From the NCBI GenBank assembly GCA_017622795.1, contig JAGAQI010000075.1:6477-70476 (forward strand): 64,000 bases of DNA, given 5' to 3'. Position numbers and translations under genes: made by a program. Under the pieces are notes generated by a model, which was not told where the DNA came from, did no database searches, and saw only the letters and a program-made list of their open reading frames with translations. Every line of letters starts with the position of its first letter. Positions within the stretch are counted from its first letter, which is position 1. Shown here one piece after another: positions 1 through 9,571 of the stretch. This DNA is from Lachnospiraceae bacterium. GTDB lineage: Bacteria; Bacillota; Clostridia; Lachnospirales; Lachnospiraceae.

Positions 1-166
1 ATGTCAAGAAAAAAAGATGGAAAATTTCTTCCACCTGAATTCTGTAATAATTATAGCATAGTCTCCAAAAAATATCCAGTCTTTATTTTTTTGCGCCGCA
101 TGATATAATCAAAGCTACCATTGTATAAGAGAAGGTCTGCGCAAGGGCGCAAAACGAAAGGGGACG

Positions 167-2203
167 ATGCGGATGAATCAGGAACAGTATTTAAGCCATG
201 TACTTGGTAAACTGGAAACGGCCATTGCGGAATTAGAAGGTAAAATGGAGTTCCGGCGGTCGGAGATTGCCAAAATGCAGGAGTATTACTGGGAAAGCTA
301 TAACGAATACGATGAGTTCGGTTATGAGAAATTTGATAACGACCGTCTGTTGAAAGAAGAATTGGATTCCCATGGTGAGTTGATAAAAACCTATGCCCGC
401 TATCAGAAAATGAAGGATTCTCCGTATTTTGCCGCAATTACTTTCCGCTATGAGGATGAAGATGATCCGGATACTTATTACATCGGTATCGGTGACTTTT
501 CACCGACAAAAGGGGATGTTCCATTGGTATGTGACTGGCGCGCGCCGATTTCCGGTTTGTTCTATGATTATGAAGTGGGAAAGGCAGCTTTTAAAGCCCC
601 GATGGGAGAGATTTTCGGAGAACTTTTACGCAAGCACCAGTATAAGATAAAGAACGGCAAGCTGCTTTATATGATTGACAGCGATATTGTGATTAACGAT
701 GAGGTTTTACAAAAAGAGTTGTCCATGAACGCCAATGCCAGACTGAAAAGCATTGTGACAACCATCCAAAAGGAGCAGAATGCCATTATCCGCAATGAAC
801 AGGACAAAATTCTGGTGATCCAGGGGTGTGCGGGATCCGGAAAAACTTCGGTAGCGCTACACCGGGTGGCATATTTGTTATATCATCACAGAAACCAGCT
901 GAATGCAAAACAGGTGTTGATTTTGTCACCCAATCCGGTGTTTTCAGAGTATATTTCCCATATTCTGCCGGAACTGGGGGAAGAAAATATTTTGGAAATG
1001 TCCTTTGATTTGTATGCTTACAAGGAATTAAAAAAGTATAAGGATACGGAAGACCGTTATGTCTATTTGGAACGTCTGCTTACGCTGCCGGAAGAGGAAG
1101 CATGGGAATATCAGGCGAAGGTGGCAGAAAAGCAGTCCAAAGACTATGTACTGGAACTCAATGAATTCGTACTGTTTTTGGAAGATTCTTTAATGAATTT
1201 TCGGGATTTTAACTATAAGAAAATTCACCGTACCGCCCAGGAACTCCGGACGCTGTTTTACGATAAATTCCCGGATATTCCGATTTTGGAAAGAATGAAA
1301 ACAGTGGCGGAGTATGTAATTGATGAAGAAGAAACCCTGTCCGGAAAAGAACTGGATATTTTGGAACGGGAAATTGTAGTGGATAAGCTGGAGCAAATGT
1401 ACGAATCCAAGGATTTTTATAAACTGTATAACCGCTTCTTGTCGGAAAGCGGAAGGGAACCGATAAAGGAAACGGCAAAGGCGATTCCTTATGAGGATGT
1501 GTATGCGCTTCTTTACCTGCGTCATTTGCTGCATGGCAGCATCAAACGAAGTGCCATTAAGCATCTGATTGTGGACGAAATGCAGGACTATTCCTACATG
1601 CAGTTTCTGGTACTCAGCAAGATGTTTTCCTGTCCGATGACTATTCTGGGTGACCGGGAGCAGCAGGCTGCACCGGGAAAACTGGACACCCAGACATTAT
1701 GTAAAGAGATTTTTGGTAAAGAAGCCAAGCTTTTAACTTTAAAGAAGAGCTATCGTTCTACTTCCGAGATTACCCGCTTTGCAAACCGCATCGCCGGCAT
1801 TGAAAACGAGGAGGCATTTGAGCGTCCGGGGAAGGAACCGGAGTGGATTATGTCGAAAAATGAGTCTGAAATGCAGGAAAAAATCATCGAAAAACTGATA
1901 AATGAGCAGAACGGTGCTTTTGAGACCACGGCAATTCTTACTACAACGGAAGAACAGGCAGAACGACTATATGTAGCGCTTAAGGATAGACTGGACGTCC
2001 ATATGTTGTCCCCAAACAGCAATAAAATGGAAAAAGGAATTATAATTACCACCTTCTATCTTGCCAAAGGTTTGGAGTTTGACAGCGTGCATATTGCCTA
2101 CGCTCCGGAGGAAGAAAATCTGACGCAGTACCAGCGTCAGATTCTGTATATCGGAGCGACCCGGGCGCTGCACGAACTGAGAGTGTATAGTATTGTGCCT
2201 TGA
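167..2203 (+). CDS. helD: UvrD-family helicase, HelD/helicase IV-like
   Basis: 678-aa ORF; Walker A GCAGSGKT, Walker B-like LIVDEMQDY, C-terminal YIGATRA helicase motif; RBS AAAGGGGA upstream. Confidence 0.8.
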   Translation: MRMNQEQYLSHVLGKLETAIAELEGKMEFRRSEIAKMQEYYWESYNEYDEFGYEKFDNDRLLKEELDSHGELIKTYARYQKMKDSPYFAAITFRYEDEDDPDTYYIGIGDFSPTKGDVPLVCDWRAPISGLFYDYEVGKAAFKAPMGEIFGELLRKHQYKIKNGKLLYMIDSDIVINDEVLQKELSMNANARLKSIVTTIQKEQNAIIRNEQDKILVIQGCAGSGKTSVALHRVAYLLYHHRNQLNAKQVLILSPNPVFSEYISHILPELGEENILEMSFDLYAYKELKKYKDTEDRYVYLERLLTLPEEEAWEYQAKVAEKQSKDYVLELNEFVLFLEDSLMNFRDFNYKKIHRTAQELRTLFYDKFPDIPILERMKTVAEYVIDEEETLSGKELDILEREIVVDKLEQMYESKDFYKLYNRFLSESGREPIKETAKAIPYEDVYALLYLRHLLHGSIKRSAIKHLIVDEMQDYSYMQFLVLSKMFSCPMTILGDREQQAAPGKLDTQTLCKEIFGKEAKLLTLKKSYRSTSEITRFANRIAGIENEEAFERPGKEPEWIMSKNESEMQEKIIEKLINEQNGAFETTAILTTTEEQAERLYVALKDRLDVHMLSPNSNKMEKGIIITTFYLAKGLEFDSVHIAYAPEEENLTQYQRQILYIGATRALHELRVYSIVP

Positions 2204-2269
2204 CAATTTTAATTCCAGCGTGTATACTGTTTTCAACAAAAAAATCAAACCGATGCGTAAGAAGAGTAG

Positions 2270-2535
2270 CTTTATCTGCAATCTTCAGAGACCTGCCGGT
2301 AGGTGCAAGGCAGGGAGGAGGATATGGTGAATGGACTTACAAGGGCCGGAGGAAAGCAGTAGCAAGTAATGCCGGACGGAACCCTGACCGTTATTCAGAA
2401 AGCCTGATAGGATGACAACCGTCATTAGTCAGGGAACAGAGGTGGGCATCAAAGAATGCCAAACCGGGTGGTACCGCAGAAGTAACTATGAGCTTCTGTC
2501 CCAGTGCAGATTGGGGCAGAAGCTTTCTTTTATTA
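2270..2535 (+). promoter_or_regulatory. T-box leader (Trp specifier) controlling trpS
   Basis: AGAGA stem I motif at about 2286; GAA-TGG-A specifier context with TGG at 2332-2334; T-box sequence AAACCGGGTGGTACCGCAGAAG at 2461-2482; terminator follows. Confidence 0.8.
2491..2535 (+). terminator. Intrinsic terminator of the trpS T-box
   Basis: AGCTTCTGTCCC (2491-2502) pairs with GGGGCAGAAGCT (2513-2524), followed by TTTCTTTTATT. Confidence 0.8.
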
Positions 2536-2595
2536 ATCCTTTTGTCCCGGAAAAATATTAAGTGGGGAATGGCCCCAAAATAAGGAGGATTAACC

Positions 2596-3600
2596 ATGGA
2601 AGATTCCAAAAAGACTTTATTCAGTGGCATGCAGGCCACCGGAAACTTAACCTTAGGTAACTATTTAGGAGCATTAAAGAACTGGGTGGCATTAAGTGAT
2701 GAGTACAACTGCTTCTACTGCGTTGTTGACGAGCACTCCATCACTGTAAGACAGGACCCGGCAGAACTCAGAAACCGTGCAAGAAAGCTGTTAACCCTTT
2801 ATCTGGCAGCAGGTCTTGACCCGGAGAAAAACTGCATTTATTACCAGAGTCATGTATCTGCCCACGCAGAGCTGGCATGGATTTTAAACTGCTTTACTTA
2901 CATGGGCGAGCTGCAGAGAATGACCCAGTTTAAGGATAAGTCCGCAAAACATGCCGACAATATCAATGCCGGTTTATTCACCTATCCGGTATTGATGGCA
3001 GCAGACATTTTACTGTTCCAGTCTGACGTGGTTCCGGTTGGTATCGACCAGATGCAGCACCTTGAGCTGACCAGAGACATTGCACAGCGTTTCAACGGTA
3101 TTTACGGCGATGTATTTAAGATTCCGGAAGCTTACATCGGAAAGTCCGGTGCCAAGATTATGAGCTTACAGGAGCCAACCAAGAAGATGTCCAAGTCCGA
3201 TGAAAATCCAAACGCAAGCATCTACTTACTGGATGATCCGGATACCATCATGAGAAAGTTTAAACGTGCGGTTACCGATTCCGAAGGAACTATTTTATAC
3301 CGTGATGAGCAGCCGGGTGTAAAGAATTTAATTGATATTTATAGTGCATGTACCGGCAAAGCTCCTGCTGATATTGAAAAGGAATTTGACGGCAAGGGTT
3401 ACGGCGATTTCAAGATGGAAGTAGGTGAAACCGTAGTATCCGTACTTAAGCCTCTTCAGGACAGAATGGCAGATATCGCCAAGGATAAGGCATATGTGGA
3501 TAATGTAATTAAGACCAATGCAGAAAAGGCAAACTACTTTGCAAATAAGACCTTACGCAAGGTACAGAAGAAGGTTGGTTTCCCGGAGAGAATAAGATAA
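2596..3600 (+). CDS. trpS: Tryptophan--tRNA ligase
   Basis: 334 aa; class I aaRS KMSKS motif (KKMSKSD); typical TrpRS N-terminus (FSGMQATGNLTLGNYLGA); strong RBS AAGGAGG. Confidence 0.95.
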   Translation: MEDSKKTLFSGMQATGNLTLGNYLGALKNWVALSDEYNCFYCVVDEHSITVRQDPAELRNRARKLLTLYLAAGLDPEKNCIYYQSHVSAHAELAWILNCFTYMGELQRMTQFKDKSAKHADNINAGLFTYPVLMAADILLFQSDVVPVGIDQMQHLELTRDIAQRFNGIYGDVFKIPEAYIGKSGAKIMSLQEPTKKMSKSDENPNASIYLLDDPDTIMRKFKRAVTDSEGTILYRDEQPGVKNLIDIYSACTGKAPADIEKEFDGKGYGDFKMEVGETVVSVLKPLQDRMADIAKDKAYVDNVIKTNAEKANYFANKTLRKVQKKVGFPERIR

Positions 3601-4409
3601 TGGATTATAAATTAATTGTATTAGACATTGACGGAACATTAACCAATTCCCAAAAAGAAATTACGCCCCGCACCAAAGAGGCGTTAATCAAGATTCAGGA
3701 GCAGGGCGTGTATGTGGCAATCGCCAGCGGCCGCCCGACTCCGGGTACCAAGAAAGTAGCACAGGAACTGGAGCTTGCTCGCTTTGGCAACTATGTGCTG
3801 TCCTTTAACGGCGGCCGTGTTGTCAACTGCAAAACCGGAGAAGTGGTACTGGATAAGACGATTCCGGCTGAGATGGCAGGTATCCTTTGCGAGGAAGCCA
3901 GACAGCACGGTGTGGGTATCATGACCTATGACAGCGAGTGTGCTCTGGGTGGTACGGTCGTGGATCAGTATATGGAACTGGAAGCCCGCATCAACAGTAT
4001 CGAATTGAAGCAGGTGGGTCACTTTAAGGATTATGTAGATTTTCCGGTGAATAAATGCCTGATGACCGGAGAACCGGAACGCATGGCAGAACTGGAAAAA
4101 GAATTAAAGGAAAAGTATGCCGGAAGTCTGAATATCTTCCGTTCCGAGCCGTTCTTCCTGGAACTGATGCCAAAGGGCATAGATAAGGCCTCCGTACTGA
4201 AAAATTTCCTGCCGTTCCTTGGCATCACCAGAGACCAGGTGATTTGCTGCGGCGACGGTTATAACGACAAAACAATGATTGAGTTCGCCGGTCTTGGCGT
4301 GGCCATGGCCAATGCCAGAGATGAAGTAAAGGAAGTGGCGGATTATATCACAAAGTCTAACGATGAAGACGGCATTGCCGAGGTTGTGGAGCGGTTTATT
4401 TTGAAGTAA
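3600..4409 (+). CDS. Cof-type HAD-IIB family phosphatase
   Basis: 269 aa; HAD motif I LDIDGTL, motif IV GDGYNDKTM; start overlaps the trpS stop (TAATG). Confidence 0.85.
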   Translation: MDYKLIVLDIDGTLTNSQKEITPRTKEALIKIQEQGVYVAIASGRPTPGTKKVAQELELARFGNYVLSFNGGRVVNCKTGEVVLDKTIPAEMAGILCEEARQHGVGIMTYDSECALGGTVVDQYMELEARINSIELKQVGHFKDYVDFPVNKCLMTGEPERMAELEKELKEKYAGSLNIFRSEPFFLELMPKGIDKASVLKNFLPFLGITRDQVICCGDGYNDKTMIEFAGLGVAMANARDEVKEVADYITKSNDEDGIAEVVERFILK

Positions 4410-4437
4410 GTGTTTATAGTGTCTTTCCAAAGGGGAA

Positions 4438-6075
4438 ATGAAAAGCATGAATTATCGCACTATATTCACAATTAAAGAATCAGAAAAAGCAACTGTAGAG
4501 TTGGCAGATGTAGAGGGCTTGAAAGGTCCTGCCGTGGTAAAACGGCTAAAGGGTGCAAATGCCGATATTTACAGGTTGCTTTGTTGCACCCAAAATTTCC
4601 ATATTCCCCGGGTGTTTTTTTGTGAGGAGCAAAGCTGTGAGCTTCTTGTAGCAGAAGAATATGTGGATGGAGAAAATCTGGGTGAACTTCTGCAGAAAAG
4701 GCTGATTTCTGATGAGCAAAAGATTAATTATGCCCTGCAGCTTTGTGAAGCTGTGGGCTTTTTGCATACCCTGAAGCCGACCGTTATTCATAGGGATATC
4801 AAACTCTCCAACATTTTAATCAATGGAAAAAATGAATTGAAGCTGATAGATTTTGATGCGTCCAGACAGTATAAGAATTTCTCAAATGAAGAAGATACTA
4901 GATTGCTCGGAACAAAAGGATATGCTGCTCCGGAGCAGTTTGGGTATTCCCAGACGGATGTGCGCAGCGATATTTATTCCATGGGTGTGGTTTTTCACAA
5001 AATGTGCCCGTTGGAAAATAAAGTGTTGGCAAAACAGTGGGATAAAATTGCTGAAAAATGTACCAGCTTTGACCCGAAAAACCGTTATCAGAATGTGGCG
5101 GAATTAAAGCGGGAATTGGAAAAGCTGGCAGCGTGGAAGAAGGCAAGAAGAATAAAAAACACAGCTTGGATTGGCAGTATAACAGTGGTTTTGGTAGTGG
5201 CAGCGTTGGTGGCAGTATTGTGGCCGAAGGAAACAGAGGCCGGGGATATGGGCGGAATAACTGTGACAACTGCACCGACAACTGCACCGACAACTGTGCC
5301 GACAGATGCACCGACGTTGATACCGACAAGTATACCTACCCCGGAACCAACGGCAACAAGTACACCGACGCCGAAACCAACGGCAACAAATACACCAATG
5401 CCAACGGCAACAAGTGTACCGACGCCGACAATAAAGCCGGAGCTTTCGACGGTTCCGACATCAATAAACCAACACTATTATAAGGGTATGACGGAAGAAA
5501 CGGAACTAATATTAAAGCATGGTTCGGATACTGCGCCGTTACCGGTAACATGGAGTGGGGAATGCTATGATTATGTCACAGGTAAGAATTATTCTATTCC
5601 GATGGATGAGATAGAAATCGGTCCGGGATATATCCGGCTTTTGGATAGCGGACTGATGCAACTGGAACCGTCCATCTATGAGCTTACGATAACGATGCAT
5701 TATGCCAGCAGATGGCCTCAAAGTACCAGCCGGGTGTTAAAAATATATCCGGAAGATGAGTATCCGAAGAAGTCGAATGCAGTGATGGCGACTGGGACAA
5801 ATTATTTTTATTTGAATGATCCCACTGATTTTGTAAAGAATGTTCTGAGTACGGTGACCAGCAAATTCGTAGGGGTATCTGCAGAAATTCCGGGAATGGC
5901 TGCAGTGGAAGTGGATTCTGACTGGTATGAAATTCTTTGCGATGGTAAGGTGATGATTATTCAAAAAGAATTCTTGCAACAGTATTATGAAAACGACCAG
6001 AAAATTAATCTGATTTACCACTTTGATGATGGGAAGAATCAGACGATGGTGATTAATTACAAGGAGACAAGATAA
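4438..6075 (+). CDS. Atypical membrane Ser/Thr protein kinase with extracytoplasmic C-terminal domain (paralog 1)
   Basis: 545 aa; catalytic loop HRDIKLSNIL, DFD in place of DFG (LIDFDASR), APE (GYAAPEQ), VVKRLK lysine, no GxGxxG loop; TM WIGSITVVLVVAALVAVLW; Pro/Thr linker; ~210-aa C-terminal domain. Confidence 0.8.
   Translation: MKSMNYRTIFTIKESEKATVELADVEGLKGPAVVKRLKGANADIYRLLCCTQNFHIPRVFFCEEQSCELLVAEEYVDGENLGELLQKRLISDEQKINYALQLCEAVGFLHTLKPTVIHRDIKLSNILINGKNELKLIDFDASRQYKNFSNEEDTRLLGTKGYAAPEQFGYSQTDVRSDIYSMGVVFHKMCPLENKVLAKQWDKIAEKCTSFDPKNRYQNVAELKRELEKLAAWKKARRIKNTAWIGSITVVLVVAALVAVLWPKETEAGDMGGITVTTAPTTAPTTVPTDAPTLIPTSIPTPEPTATSTPTPKPTATNTPMPTATSVPTPTIKPELSTVPTSINQHYYKGMTEETELILKHGSDTAPLPVTWSGECYDYVTGKNYSIPMDEIEIGPGYIRLLDSGLMQLEPSIYELTITMHYASRWPQSTSRVLKIYPEDEYPKKSNAVMATGTNYFYLNDPTDFVKNVLSTVTSKFVGVSAEIPGMAAVEVDSDWYEILCDGKVMIIQKEFLQQYYENDQKINLIYHFDDGKNQTMVINYKETR
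5265..5437 (+). repeat. In-frame low-complexity Pro/Thr linker with imperfect tandem DNA repeats
   Basis: Reiterated acaactgcaccgaca and ccaacggcaacaa(g/a)tacacc units encode TTAPTTAPTT...PTATSTPTPKPTATNTPMPTATS. Confidence 0.8.
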
Positions 6076-6512
6076 TGGGGAACAAGGCGGGAGAAAAAGA
6101 TACTGCGTTTCTGCAGTCGGAGTTGAAAAAGACAGAGAACCTGGAACAATTTCTTCAGGAAAATTCCGAGGTTTTGAAACCAAAAACTGTACAGGAATAC
6201 TTAAATGAAATGTTGATAAAGTATAATTTGGAGAAAAGTGAAATCATTCGGAAATCAGGGTTATCGGGAACGTATGCCTACCAGATTTTTGACGGCAAGA
6301 AAAGTGCCGGACGGGACAAACTCATTCAGCTGGCATTTGGTTTTCCACTTAATCTGGAGGAGACCCAGAAACTGCTCCGCTTTGGTGGTCACAATGAGCT
6401 GTATGTGAAAAAGAAGAGAGAAGCTTTCGTGATGTATGCGTTGGGAAAAGAATATGATATTAATCAGGTAAACGATTTATTATATCAAAATGAGGAGAAG
6501 ACCTTTGAGTAG
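6075..6512 (+). CDS. Small XRE-like HTH protein (paralog 1), translationally coupled to kinase 1
   Basis: 145 aa; start overlaps the kinase stop (TAATG); HTH-like segment IIRKSGLSGTYAYQIFDGKKSAGRDKLIQLAFGFPLNLEETQKLL; paralogs at 6655, 12242 and 13026. Confidence 0.65.
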   Translation: MGNKAGEKDTAFLQSELKKTENLEQFLQENSEVLKPKTVQEYLNEMLIKYNLEKSEIIRKSGLSGTYAYQIFDGKKSAGRDKLIQLAFGFPLNLEETQKLLRFGGHNELYVKKKREAFVMYALGKEYDINQVNDLLYQNEEKTFE

Positions 6513-6526
6513 GTCTTCTTTTTTTT
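6497..6526 (+). terminator. Intrinsic terminator
   Basis: GAAGACCT (6497-6504) / AGGTCTTC (6511-6518) followed by T8. Confidence 0.7.
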
Positions 6527-6552
6527 AGTGTTTTTTTAACAAAATGGAAAAA

Positions 6553-6596
6553 TTATGCTGGCGGCACAAGAATTTCTGAAATAATTGCTTTAATAT
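6553..6596 (+). promoter_or_regulatory. Degenerate copy of the island palindrome box plus -10 (TAATAT)
   Basis: TTATGCTG-G-CGGCACAA (2 mismatches in the right arm) at 6553-6569; TAATAT at 6591-6596, the same 21-nt gap as the seven strong copies. Confidence 0.4.
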
Positions 6597-6654
6597 AAAT
6601 ATGTGGCATATCTGAGCAGATGGCCATGGGAGAAAAGAACGAGGTGTGCACTGC

Positions 6655-7113
6655 ATGAAAAAAGCAACGGAAGAATTGTTGAATGAACTGAAAGAGGCAA
6701 AGGCAATCAGCGAGTTTACCAGTATAAACGAGGGAGAATTTGAGAATATTTCTTTAACAGAAATTCTTGCACAAATGTTGGAAAAATATAAAAAGGCAAG
6801 AATAGATGTCATCAAAGCGGCAAGATTTGATTATACCTACGGATATCAGATTTTTGACGGAAAAAAGCGGCCCAAGAGGGAAAAACTGCTGCAGATGGCC
6901 TTTGGCTTTCCACTAAGCCTGGAGGATACCAACCGCTTACTACGTGCCGGTGGTGTAAATGGGCTGTATGTCCGCTGCAAGCGGGATGTAATCTGCATGT
7001 ACTGTCTTCATAAGGGGATGAGCCTGGAGGAATGTAATTCCTATTTATATCAGCTGGGAGAAGAGACTCTCATTGAGGAGGATAATGATGGGAGTGAAGG
7101 AATGAGAAAATAA
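6655..7113 (+). CDS. Small XRE-like HTH protein (paralog 2)
   Basis: ATG at 6655 (the ORF track begins at GTG 6646); YTYGYQIFDGKKRPKREKLLQMAFGFPLSLEDTNRLLRAGG aligns with the other paralogs. Confidence 0.65.
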   Translation: MKKATEELLNELKEAKAISEFTSINEGEFENISLTEILAQMLEKYKKARIDVIKAARFDYTYGYQIFDGKKRPKREKLLQMAFGFPLSLEDTNRLLRAGGVNGLYVRCKRDVICMYCLHKGMSLEECNSYLYQLGEETLIEEDNDGSEGMRK

Positions 7114-7160
7114 TTAAGAAATTAATTATAAATATACTTATTTAGAGAAGGAGAAAGAAA

Positions 7161-7346
7161 ATGATTTTACTATTAATTATCTATTGGATTGCCGGTTATT
7201 GGGCATATGGAGTTGTATTTTATGAAGGAAAGATTGTTATGGCAAGACAAGGGCAGATTTTTGCAACAAAATTAGTGCAGGGACTTGTTTTTGGTTGGTT
7301 ATGGATTCCGGTGGCACTCGTAAAGAAAATTTTTGGAATAAGATAA
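7161..7346 (+). CDS. Small two-TM membrane protein
   Basis: 61 aa; RBS GAAGGAGAAAG; two hydrophobic segments. Confidence 0.5.
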   Translation: MILLLIIYWIAGYWAYGVVFYEGKIVMARQGQIFATKLVQGLVFGWLWIPVALVKKIFGIR

Positions 7347-7371
7347 AGAAAAAATAAGGAGATTTTTAGAA

Positions 7372-8220
7372 ATGTGTAAAAGGTGTGAGTTGTGCCATTC
7401 AACTGATGCATATGAAACGAGGTTCGGTATTCAGCTTTGTATGGATTGTATGGATGGTTTTTGGAAAATAATGAAAAATGATACGATTGCAATACAAAAG
7501 TATGCGAAGGAAGAAATGTTTCCAAATGCAACGATGAATGCAAAACAGCAGATTGTTGGTTTAGCAAAGAGAAAGCTGGATGAAGGTCTTGAAAAGCTGG
7601 AACCCAGACATGTTGAAAAAATCGAACCATTACATATGGAGAAAGTTGAGACAAGAAATAAGATGACTACGGAAGACACTAAAGAAAATACTAAAGAAAA
7701 TATAAAACCACAGCAAGGAATTACTTTAACTTCCCCGGAGAGCTTGGACGATTTGTCTGCAAAGTGCAATATTATTTATGTGATTGGCATAATTGTGATG
7801 GCGCTTTTCTTTGGGAATATTATTCTCGGCATAATTTTTGGGCTGGTTGCAGGGTGGATTATAAAAGGACCGATGATATTAAAATCCGCAACCTATAAAT
7901 TTAGGACAATGGAATTTTTAATGCCTGCAAATATTACTCTTGAGGAAATATACAGGGAAATTTCCCCAAAGTTAAATTCACAGGAGCTGGATGTTACTTT
8001 ACAAGAAAATAATTTGGAGTTTCATCATGGTTCTATTCACTATCAGTTTTTGACGGACGGAACGGAAGGTACATTCCGGCTGAGATGGTATTATTCGGTG
8101 GCAAAAGCTATGCTTGGCTCAAGAGATATCCATGACTATAAGGTAGTAAGACAGGATACAGGTCTCATTGCGTATGCGATTCAGAATGTGTCGGTGGAAA
8201 ACGGAGATACGGTAAAATAA
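7372..8220 (+). CDS. Zinc-ribbon / TM / C-terminal domain protein, function unknown
   Basis: 282 aa; N-terminal CxxC...CxxC (CKRCELC...CMDC); TM IIYVIGIIVMALFFGNIILGIIFGLVAGWII; RBS AAGGAGA. Confidence 0.6.
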   Translation: MCKRCELCHSTDAYETRFGIQLCMDCMDGFWKIMKNDTIAIQKYAKEEMFPNATMNAKQQIVGLAKRKLDEGLEKLEPRHVEKIEPLHMEKVETRNKMTTEDTKENTKENIKPQQGITLTSPESLDDLSAKCNIIYVIGIIVMALFFGNIILGIIFGLVAGWIIKGPMILKSATYKFRTMEFLMPANITLEEIYREISPKLNSQELDVTLQENNLEFHHGSIHYQFLTDGTEGTFRLRWYYSVAKAMLGSRDIHDYKVVRQDTGLIAYAIQNVSVENGDTVK

Positions 8221-8300
8221 AAAAGCACCGGTACCATATTATTGTTTGAAGGTATCGGTTTTGATGCTACGAAATCAGTGATGGTTAACTAAATTATTTA

Positions 8301-8375
8301 TCATAATAAGAAAACTCGTCAAGGATGCGGATTCGTCCTGCTTTTCAGCAAGTCCTTGACGAGTTTTTATTATGA
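8301..8375 (+). terminator. Long composite hairpin, probable terminator
   Basis: TCATAATAAGAAAACTCGTCAAGGA (8301-8325) pairs with TCCTTGACGAGTTTTTATTATGA (8353-8375); 27-nt interior with small hairpins. Confidence 0.6.
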
Positions 8376-8446
8376 TATCCTGAACTTTGATTCCTCCCCA
8401 ACTTTCCGTATGTCTGATTATGATGTGGAGTATCTTTTTTGTGAAA

Positions 8447-8490
8447 TTATGCTGACAGCATAAGAAAAATAAATTAGAAAGTTTTATAAT
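8447..8490 (+). promoter_or_regulatory. Island palindrome box TTATGCTG-A-CAGCATAA plus -10 TATAAT
   Basis: Perfect 8+1+8 dyad at 8447-8463; TATAAT at 8485-8490 after a 21-nt gap; no -35 hexamer; 74 nt upstream of the 8564 start. Confidence 0.6.
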
Positions 8491-8563
8491 AGGATTGCAG
8501 CAAGCCCTCGGGCTTTATCGAACGGGTAAAAGCTGGTAGATAGTAAAGACATAGGAGGAAAAC

Positions 8564-9553
8564 ATGAAAAAGAATATTATTTGCATTATTTTGTTATCAA
8601 TGGTTTGTATGATGGCTGGCTGCCAGTCCAAGGAGGAAAAGGCTTATAAGACTTTAGATAAGGTTGAAGAGCTGACGGCAGAGGGAAAATATGAGGATGC
8701 CCTTAAAAAGCTTGATAAAATCCGGGAAGTAATTGACGTGGAGGATGCAGAGGAAGAAGTACTGTTGGAACGTAAGTATGCAAAGATTCCGGAGGGGGAT
8801 CTTACGGAAAAGGTTCAGGCAGACATAGAATTGGTTGGGGCTACTGACGAAGAACTGATAGGCTTTGACATTTCCTCTGTTACAGAAATTATTACAGACA
8901 GGGATACCATTGAGGATTATCTGGATTCCTATTTTTATGGGGATTGGTATAAGGAAGGTAAAAATAAGTCAATTGAATTTAACGAGTGGGAACTTGACGA
9001 GGAACAATATGGTGTATCCTATATGTTCCGTGTGTCAAATGAATACATAGATAACATTGTTGTAAAAATGTATGAAATGGGTAAGGCTGACAAAGTTTTT
9101 TGCGTTATGCTGGGCAGTTATTATCTGGGGCAGTTACTTGATGGTTACGCGAGCTACTATGAAATTTCTGTTGTGGATTCGAAAGGGAATGTGGAATCAT
9201 ACAGAGATCTTTCCAAGGATGACTTTGAGGAATTAGAGGCAGAGGTTGCCATGGTTTCTGACATGGCCATGATAGAGGAAGAAATTGTTGAAACCACCCA
9301 TGATTCTTTTCTGGAACGGAAAAAAGGAGAGTTTTCCAATATTTTGGATACGGCGTTTGTTTCTTCCGAAATCGTAGATTATTCCGTTACATATTCGGAA
9401 GGAAGCATTATTTGTAGCATGAAAGTGAAATATTATGAGAATAAGTATTCTGCTTTATGGGGTGGAAATTCGCAGATTTTCTACGTAACAGGAACATTTA
9501 ATTACAATAAAAGTACCGGTACCGCATCATTAGTTTCTTTGAATGTGGAGTAA
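8564..9553 (+). CDS. Lipoprotein, function unknown
   Basis: 329 aa; signal peptide with lipobox MMAGC; RBS AGGAGG. Confidence 0.7.
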   Translation: MKKNIICIILLSMVCMMAGCQSKEEKAYKTLDKVEELTAEGKYEDALKKLDKIREVIDVEDAEEEVLLERKYAKIPEGDLTEKVQADIELVGATDEELIGFDISSVTEIITDRDTIEDYLDSYFYGDWYKEGKNKSIEFNEWELDEEQYGVSYMFRVSNEYIDNIVVKMYEMGKADKVFCVMLGSYYLGQLLDGYASYYEISVVDSKGNVESYRDLSKDDFEELEAEVAMVSDMAMIEEEIVETTHDSFLERKKGEFSNILDTAFVSSEIVDYSVTYSEGSIICSMKVKYYENKYSALWGGNSQIFYVTGTFNYNKSTGTASLVSLNVE

Positions 9554-9571
9554 GAAAAGGAGAAACAGAGG

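Noticed and set aside
5265-5437. Tandem-like short repeats that could be a CRISPR array or a noncoding VNTR
   Set aside because: The units are irregular 9-36 nt, lie in frame inside the kinase ORF and encode a Pro/Thr linker. There is no repeat-spacer periodicity and no cas genes in the window.
8447-8463. The palindromes as RNA hairpins, terminators or REP elements
   Set aside because: An 8-bp arm with a 1-nt spacer cannot form a hairpin loop. The copies are followed by -10 elements rather than T tracts, and separate canonical terminators precede several of them.
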